Shown: in pieces, positions 58,416 to 64,000 of the stretch
Layout of the letters: the number at the start of each line of letters is the position of its first letter
Position numbering within the stretch: position 1 is the first letter of the stretch
Assembly (NCBI GenBank): GCA_963821295.1
Contig: CAWGDB010000007.1
Coordinates: 254,557 to 318,556 of the forward strand
Direction of reading: 5' to 3'
DNA length: 64,000 nucleotides
Source of the DNA: an uncultured Acidobacteriaceae bacterium
Lineage (GTDB): Bacteria; Acidobacteriota; Terriglobia; Terriglobales; Acidobacteriaceae
Program-made: the position numbers and the translations under genes
The notes under the pieces: model-generated
The model's input: only the letters and a program-made list of their open reading frames with translations
The model's database searches: none
What the model was told of the DNA's origin: nothing

Positions 58416-60028
58416 ATATCGCCGAGATCCTGTTGCAGCGCGCAGCAGAACTGGGCGGAAACGCGGCCATCGTCGATGTTCATCGAAATCGTGATCGATG
58501 CTTCAGGTTCCGGGAACTCGCTGCCGCGACCGCCAACGTCGCCGCCCAGATGAAAAGCGCGGGCCTCCAGCCGGGTGACGGCATTTTGCTGCTGCACCCG
58601 GTATCCGCGGAGCTCTATGTGGTCCTCATCGCGCTGTTCCGGTTGGGATGCGTAGCGATTTTTCTGGATCCATCCGCCGGGCGGGCACATATCGAGCGCT
58701 GTTGCGCGCTGTTTCCACCCAAGGCCTTTCTGGGCGGTCCCCGCGCCCAGTTGTTGCGGTGGACAATCCCGGCACTTCGCCGTGTTCGCAACGCGTTCTG
58801 TTTTGGTTGGTTTCCAGGTGCGCAGCGGCTGGAACTGCGCACCGATGCAGATGCTACGACCTCACCGGAGGTTTTTCCCGTTTCCTCCGCATCTTCTGCG
58901 CTGGTCACCTTTACCAGTGGCAGTACCCTAGAACCCAAAGCAGCACTTCGTACTCACGGCTTCTTGCTGGCGCAGCATCGGGCTCTGGAGGCAAGCCTTG
59001 CGCTACAACCGGGCAAGCGGGATCTCACAACCTTACCGATTTTTGTACTCGCGAATCTGGCTTCGGGTGTCACCAGCGTCCTCCCCGATGCGGATCTGAG
59101 ATCACCCGGCAAGATAGCTCCGCGGCCAGTGCTGGCGCAAATCGAACGGCACAAAATCGAAACCATCGCAGCGTCGCCCGCCTTCATATCGAGACTCCTG
59201 GACGAATGCGATCGGAGTGGCATCACAATGCCATCTTTGGCGAGCATCTACATGGGCGGCGCGCCGGTTTTCCCAGGACTTCTCCGCAAAGCAAAACAGT
59301 TTTGTCCGCAAGCCGAGATTACGGCTGTCTACGGATCGACCGAAGCCGAACCCATGGCCGAGGTGGCTCTCTCGGATATTTCCAGGGAAGACTTCGACGG
59401 CATGGAGCAGGGCAAAGGGTTGCTCACGGGGCGCCCAGTGCCATCGATTTCGTTGCGCGTCATTCGTGAGCAGTGGGGCGTCCCGATTTCACCGCTCGAT
59501 TCGAGGACCTTCGACCAACTTACGAGGGCTAGCGGAGATCCTGGCGAGATCGTAGTCTCGGGCGCCCACGTCTTACCCGGCTATCTCAACGGAGAAGGTG
59601 ATGCCGAGACGAAATTCGAAGTAGATGGCGCGCGCTGGCATCGCACCGGCGATCTGGGCTACCTGGATCCGACCGGCCGACTTTGGCTGCTCGGCCGGTG
59701 CCGCGGGAAAATCCAGGATGCACGGGGCTCGCTGTATCCGTTCGCGGTCGAGTGCGCCGCGATGCAGACCGCCGGCATTCGGCGGGCCGCATTGGCTGCC
59801 CTTGACAGCCGCCGTGTGCTGGCAATCGAAACTACAGAAGCTCTATCACGCGACGATATTCTGAAGTCTCTATCATGGGCGCAACTCGACGAAGTAGTGT
59901 TCTTGGATCATGTCCCCGTTGACAGGCGTCACAACGCTAAGGTTGATTACGTCGCGCTATTTCGCAAGCTTGACAGAGCGAACAGTCGTCGCCGAACTTC
60001 TCCGCGGAAGCCGAATGCCCGGCTGTGA
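58412..60028 (+). CDS. ANL-superfamily adenylate-forming ligase (acyl/aryl-AMP synthetase)
   Basis: ATGA overlap with the GNAT stop. Core motifs: VTFTSGSTLEPKA, AVYGSTEAEP and WHRTGDLGYLDPTGRLWLLGR. Basic C-terminal tail. Confidence 0.85.
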   Translation: MNIAEILLQRAAELGGNAAIVDVHRNRDRCFRFRELAAATANVAAQMKSAGLQPGDGILLLHPVSAELYVVLIALFRLGCVAIFLDPSAGRAHIERCCALFPPKAFLGGPRAQLLRWTIPALRRVRNAFCFGWFPGAQRLELRTDADATTSPEVFPVSSASSALVTFTSGSTLEPKAALRTHGFLLAQHRALEASLALQPGKRDLTTLPIFVLANLASGVTSVLPDADLRSPGKIAPRPVLAQIERHKIETIAASPAFISRLLDECDRSGITMPSLASIYMGGAPVFPGLLRKAKQFCPQAEITAVYGSTEAEPMAEVALSDISREDFDGMEQGKGLLTGRPVPSISLRVIREQWGVPISPLDSRTFDQLTRASGDPGEIVVSGAHVLPGYLNGEGDAETKFEVDGARWHRTGDLGYLDPTGRLWLLGRCRGKIQDARGSLYPFAVECAAMQTAGIRRAALAALDSRRVLAIETTEALSRDDILKSLSWAQLDEVVFLDHVPVDRRHNAKVDYVALFRKLDRANSRRRTSPRKPNARL

Positions 60029-60099
60029 AATGACGAAGTGCCGGCGTGATCTTCACCCTTGCCTTTTTCCTCCGGAGGCAGGATAAATACAGGTTAATC

Positions 60100-63000
60100 A
60101 TGAGTAGACGTTGGTTCTCTCCACTCCTTAGCTTCGGTCTGATGGCCTCACTGGCTGGTTTCGCCCAGAGTTCCCAGTCTCGATCCCCGGTCAATAGTTC
60201 GCCGCCTCCATCCATTGCAACTGGTGAATATCCGCAGGAAGCCGCGGTGGTTGAACTGATGTCGACTAAAATTGCTTTTGACGAGGATGGGAATTCTGTT
60301 CGTCAGCAGATCACTCGCGTGCGGGTGCAGACCGATGCTGGTGTTAAGCAGTGGGGTCTTCTCAGTTTTCCATTTCAATCCGCAACCCAGACAATTGAGA
60401 TCGATTACGTCCGCGTCCGCAAGGCCGATGGAACCACCATCACTACGCCGCCGGATAATGTGCAGGACTTGGATGCGGAGATCACCCGCAGCGCTCCGTT
60501 CTACAGCGATCTGCGGGAGAAGCACGTTGCAGTAAAGGGTCTTGCCAACGGCGACATTCTTGAGTACTCATTGCAATGGCGCGGGACCAGGCCACTGATT
60601 CCCGGTCAATTCTGGTTCGAATACAATTTCCAGAACGAAGGCATCGTTCTCGATGAGCGGCTGGAATTCAGGGTGCCCGCGGAGCGCGCCGTCAAAGTGA
60701 AGGGGCCCCAGGAATCGGAAACCATCAAAACCGAGGCTGGCTTCCACGTCTATGCCTGGACCCACTCCCGGCTGCAAAGGACCAAGGAACCCGAGAACGG
60801 GCAGAAAAAGGAAACGGAGACGGCGTTGGGGCGACTTCCTCCGCCAGACGTCCAACTGAGCAGCTTTCAAAGCTGGGATGAGGTAGGGCGCTGGTACTGG
60901 AACCTGCAAAAAGACCGGATAGCACCGACGCCGGCCATCCAGGCCAAGACAGCCGAACTTACAAAAGGTTTGACGGATGATCGCGCCAAGGTCCGCGCCA
61001 TTTACAACTTCGTGAGCACTCACTACCGCTACATCGGAATTGCTTTCGGCATCGGGCGATACCAACCGCATGCTGCCGACGATGTGCTTGGAAACAATTA
61101 TGGTGACTGCAAGGATAAGCACACGCTGCTAGCGTCGCTGCTTAGTGCCTCAGGCATTACCCTATATCCGGCGCTAATCAATTCCGGTCGGAAGCTGGAT
61201 CCCGACTTGCCCTCACCGGCGCAATTCGATCATGTGATCGGCTATCTGCCCGGCAAGGAAGCTCTCTGGCTCGACACGACCTCCGAAGTCGCTCCCGTCG
61301 GCGATCTCGTTCAAAAACTGCGAGACAAACAGGCATTGGTAATTGCGGGAGAGAAGTCGATACAGTTGGTCACGACCCCGGCCGATCCGCTCTTGCTGAG
61401 CAGCGAGAAATTCAAGGTCGACGGCAAACTCGACGAAAATGGCGTTTTCGATGCGAAAATCGACTACACGGCCAAGGGGGGAGACAACGAAATCTTGCTG
61501 CGAACAGTTTTCCGGCAGGTACCGCAACCTCAATGGAAAGACCTCGTGCAGCAAATATCGTATCGATTAAACTTCGCGGGCACGGTGGCCGACGTCAATG
61601 CGAGCACACCGGAAGCGATCGATGAACCCTTTCATTTTTCTTATTCCTACAATCGCAAAGATTATCCCGACTGGAGCAATCGCCAGTTCACCGTACCGGG
61701 ACTGCCTTTCTTCATGCCAGCTGTCAAGGATGATGCAAAGTATCCGGTCTGGCTCGGACCTCCTGCCGAGCAGGTGTCCGATGTCAGGATGCAACTCCCG
61801 AAAGATTACCGGCCGGAGGTGCCATCCGACGTGGATTTGAAGTATGACTTCGCCGAATACCACTCCTCCTATTCCGAGGATGCGGGCGTTCTTGTTGCAA
61901 AACGGCGCTTGCTGATCAAACAGCACGAGGTCCCGATAGCCAAGTTCGACGATTATCGAAGCTTCCTGAAAAGCATGCAGAGCGACGTATATCGGTATGT
62001 GCAGACCTCCTCTTCGAAATCCCCGGTTATGCTGGACGGGCCATCCACTCGGGCGATGTCTTCTTTGGTGAACAGCCTCCGAGAGTTGCCTGCCAGCGAA
62101 TCCTCTGAGGCGAACGGCCTGGAAAGCGATGCGCGCAACAAGATGTCGTCCAGTGACGTGCAGGGCGCAGTCGATTCCTTGCATCGTGCTCTTGCTGCGG
62201 ATCCCAAATTTACCCGGGGCTGGGTGTTCCTGGGTGTCTTGCTACTCGGGCAAAAGCAAGTGGACGCCGGAATTGACGCGTTTCATAAGGCGATGGCGCT
62301 TGCCCCCGCGGAAACCGCAATTTACAAGACCCTGGGTTTTGGTCTGATGGGGGACCAGAAATACGAAAAGGCAGTAGGGGTCTGGCAGGACTACACCAAC
62401 GCGCACCCAAATGATGTGGACGGGCCGAGTAATCTGGGCCTTTGCCTGATGAAATTGAAACGTTACTCCGAAGCCGCGGTGGCCTATGAAACGGCGGTGA
62501 AAATCAAGGATGATCAACCCTACCTGCTGGCCAGTCTAGGATCTGCGTATTTACAGGCGGGAGACCGCGAAAAAGCCGGAGCGGCCTTCAGCAAAGTGGG
62601 CGCGTTGGATCCACAGGGAAACTACTTGAATGATGTGGCCTACAAGATGGCGAATTCCGATTTGCAGCTACCGCTCGCTTTAGACTACGCGAACAAGGCA
62701 GTGCGTGCAGCGGAAGAAGACTCGAATAAGACGACCCTGCAGGATCTAACGTTGAAAGATTTAGGAAATGTATTGAAGATGTCGGCATATTGGGACACTC
62801 TGGGTTGGGTAAATGAACGGTTGTCAAACTTGGAAGTGGCCGAACGGTATTTGCGGGCCTCATGGAACCTTACCCAGGATGGAGTGGTGGCGAGTCACTT
62901 GTGTCATCTATATAAGCGCACGCACCAAATCGGAACCGCAGCCGAGATGTGCCGCGTGGCCATCTTCCGCATGTCGATGTCGAAGCAGCTCGCCCCGGAG

Positions 63001-63402
63001 GAGTTTGCAACTGAGATGGCCGCTGCGAAAGAGAACCTCGCTCACTTGACGGGCGGCGGCGTAGCCAAGTCGAACCGCAAAGACGACGGTTCTGACCTCG
63101 TCATCCGCGAACGCACCTTCAAGCTATCGCGATTCCTGCCGGGAACCGAGAGCGCCGAATTCTTTGTGTTGCTCGCTTCCGATGGGAAGAGCAAAGCCTT
63201 CAAAGTCGAAGGTGTGAAATTCATTAGCGGATCTGACAAGATGAAGCTTCAGGCCAAGCAACTGAAGAGCCTCGATTTTAGAGTGCCAGCACCGGACGAG
63301 GTACCTGCGCGGTTCGTGCGCCGAGGGATATTGGGGTGCTACCAGTACACGGGATGCTCCTTCGTGTTGCTTGATCCGGCGTCGGTGCAGTCAGTCAATT
63401 AA
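60100..63402 (+). CDS. secreted DUF3857-like / transglutaminase-core / TPR multidomain protein
   Basis: ATG at 60100 gives the signal peptide MSRRWFSPLLSFGLMASLAGFA. Transglutaminase triad context: NYGDCKDKHTLLASLL, FDHVIGYL and LWLDTT. TPR repeats in the C-terminal third (GWVFLGVLLLGQKQVDAGIDAFHKAMALAP...). Confidence 0.8.
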   Translation: MSRRWFSPLLSFGLMASLAGFAQSSQSRSPVNSSPPPSIATGEYPQEAAVVELMSTKIAFDEDGNSVRQQITRVRVQTDAGVKQWGLLSFPFQSATQTIEIDYVRVRKADGTTITTPPDNVQDLDAEITRSAPFYSDLREKHVAVKGLANGDILEYSLQWRGTRPLIPGQFWFEYNFQNEGIVLDERLEFRVPAERAVKVKGPQESETIKTEAGFHVYAWTHSRLQRTKEPENGQKKETETALGRLPPPDVQLSSFQSWDEVGRWYWNLQKDRIAPTPAIQAKTAELTKGLTDDRAKVRAIYNFVSTHYRYIGIAFGIGRYQPHAADDVLGNNYGDCKDKHTLLASLLSASGITLYPALINSGRKLDPDLPSPAQFDHVIGYLPGKEALWLDTTSEVAPVGDLVQKLRDKQALVIAGEKSIQLVTTPADPLLLSSEKFKVDGKLDENGVFDAKIDYTAKGGDNEILLRTVFRQVPQPQWKDLVQQISYRLNFAGTVADVNASTPEAIDEPFHFSYSYNRKDYPDWSNRQFTVPGLPFFMPAVKDDAKYPVWLGPPAEQVSDVRMQLPKDYRPEVPSDVDLKYDFAEYHSSYSEDAGVLVAKRRLLIKQHEVPIAKFDDYRSFLKSMQSDVYRYVQTSSSKSPVMLDGPSTRAMSSLVNSLRELPASESSEANGLESDARNKMSSSDVQGAVDSLHRALAADPKFTRGWVFLGVLLLGQKQVDAGIDAFHKAMALAPAETAIYKTLGFGLMGDQKYEKAVGVWQDYTNAHPNDVDGPSNLGLCLMKLKRYSEAAVAYETAVKIKDDQPYLLASLGSAYLQAGDREKAGAAFSKVGALDPQGNYLNDVAYKMANSDLQLPLALDYANKAVRAAEEDSNKTTLQDLTLKDLGNVLKMSAYWDTLGWVNERLSNLEVAERYLRASWNLTQDGVVASHLCHLYKRTHQIGTAAEMCRVAIFRMSMSKQLAPEEFATEMAAAKENLAHLTGGGVAKSNRKDDGSDLVIRERTFKLSRFLPGTESAEFFVLLASDGKSKAFKVEGVKFISGSDKMKLQAKQLKSLDFRVPAPDEVPARFVRRGILGCYQYTGCSFVLLDPASVQSVN

Positions 63403-63511
63403 GGTCGTTCACGAACCCGCCCAAACTCCACAGGTCCGTGAACATTGGAACTGCTACCAACTGCCGCCTTGATCCACTCATTTTCGTCTCCCTGGCAGTT
63501 TCATGCGTCAA

Positions 63512-64000
63512 CTACCCACGACGTTGAGAGAACACCCACTTTGGCAACTCGGGTTCAGTGAAAGCCAATTTGTTTGTCCCATCGTGATCCACTCCAGCGT
63601 ACTCGGTGTAGATCGGGTGTCCGCCCGCTTTCCGTCTCGCCGCGATGCGATCACGCGATGAAGACACGGGAACAACTTCGTCGGCATCTCCGTGAAAATC
63701 CCACAAAGGCGTACCAGGCGACCCACTGCCGTCATCGGGAGACTCGCCTCCACTGCAGACTACTGCAGCCGCGAAAAGGTTTGGCCGATTCGCCAATACA
63801 TTCCACACCCCCGCGCCTCCCATGGAATTTCCTGCGATGTAGAGACGGCGCTCATCGACATGAAACTCCCGACACAAGGCATCGACGATCTCCAGAGCCA
63901 ATCGTGCGCCGTCTCCGAAGCCCGGAAGCTCCTTCGCAGGCTGTTGCGAAAAGTCGTATCGAATCCATCCCCGATCGGTCTGCGGCGCCACTACGTAGCA
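63512..64000 (-). CDS. alpha/beta hydrolase (esterase/peptidase-type), probably 5'-truncated by the window edge
   Basis: Nucleophile elbow LYIAGNSMGGAG (GxSxG). Later FHGDADEVVP and AGVDHDG, consistent with a Ser-Asp-His triad. Confidence 0.6.
   Translation of the reverse strand, partial: CYVVAPQTDRGWIRYDFSQQPAKELPGFGDGARLALEIVDALCREFHVDERRLYIAGNSMGGAGVWNVLANRPNLFAAAVVCSGGESPDDGSGSPGTPLWDFHGDADEVVPVSSSRDRIAARRKAGGHPIYTEYAGVDHDGTNKLAFTEPELPKWVFSQRRG

Noticed and set aside
1-64000. Mobile elements, prophage or defence islands, CRISPR arrays, tRNA/rRNA genes
   Set aside because: I found no transposase, integrase or recombinase motifs. There are no direct-repeat/spacer arrays, no tRNA-like cloverleaf cores (GTTCGAATC-type T-arms) in the intergenic regions I read, and no rRNA-like sequence. 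The only repeats are the short hairpin and palindromic families reported above.

Overview
High-GC, densely coding chromosomal segment. I found no rRNA or tRNA genes, CRISPR arrays, transposases or integrases. The gene content suggests an Acidobacteriota-like soil bacterium (inference): a CarboxypepD_reg-type TonB-dependent receptor, four S10 serine carboxypeptidase paralogues, NHL/TPR/transglutaminase proteins and GC-rich REP-like hairpins.

Order, left to right:
- Partial MacB-type permease, cupin, M16 peptidase, rlmN, orphan XRE regulator.
- Two divergent histidine kinases plus a LuxR-type response regulator, then an unlisted 52-aa Flp pilin gene.
- M48-like peptidase, TonB, and a frameshifted methylmalonyl-CoA mutase catalytic subunit.
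- A gcvT-gcvH-gcvPA-(small ORF)-gcvPB operon carrying long palindromic repeats.
- GGDEF cyclase and an NHL propeller protein.
- A three-gene membrane redox module: TM-anchored GcvH-like protein, 4x[4Fe-4S] protein and NrfD-like subunit.
- TPR protein, thiolase, Ser-rich secreted protein, acyl-CoA dehydrogenase, DinB and secreted hypotheticals.
- A roughly 17-kb proteolysis/uptake neighbourhood: TBDR, 4x S10 peptidases, Tat-signal PLP enzyme, amidohydrolase, YheO/DauR-type regulator and M61 peptidase.
- A tightly translationally coupled six-gene operon at 51.4-60.0 kb: UbiA prenyltransferase, RPH-like dikinase, BtaA-like SAM transferase, VTE5/dolichol-kinase-like protein, GNAT and ANL ligase. 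An HMG-CoA-reductase-like relic precedes it.
- A DUF3857/transglutaminase/TPR protein and a partial alpha/beta hydrolase.

The six-gene operon is my best candidate for an undescribed system, probably an isoprenoid/amino-acid lipid or head-group pathway. All calls come from reading motifs in the supplied translations and the DNA. No database search was run.
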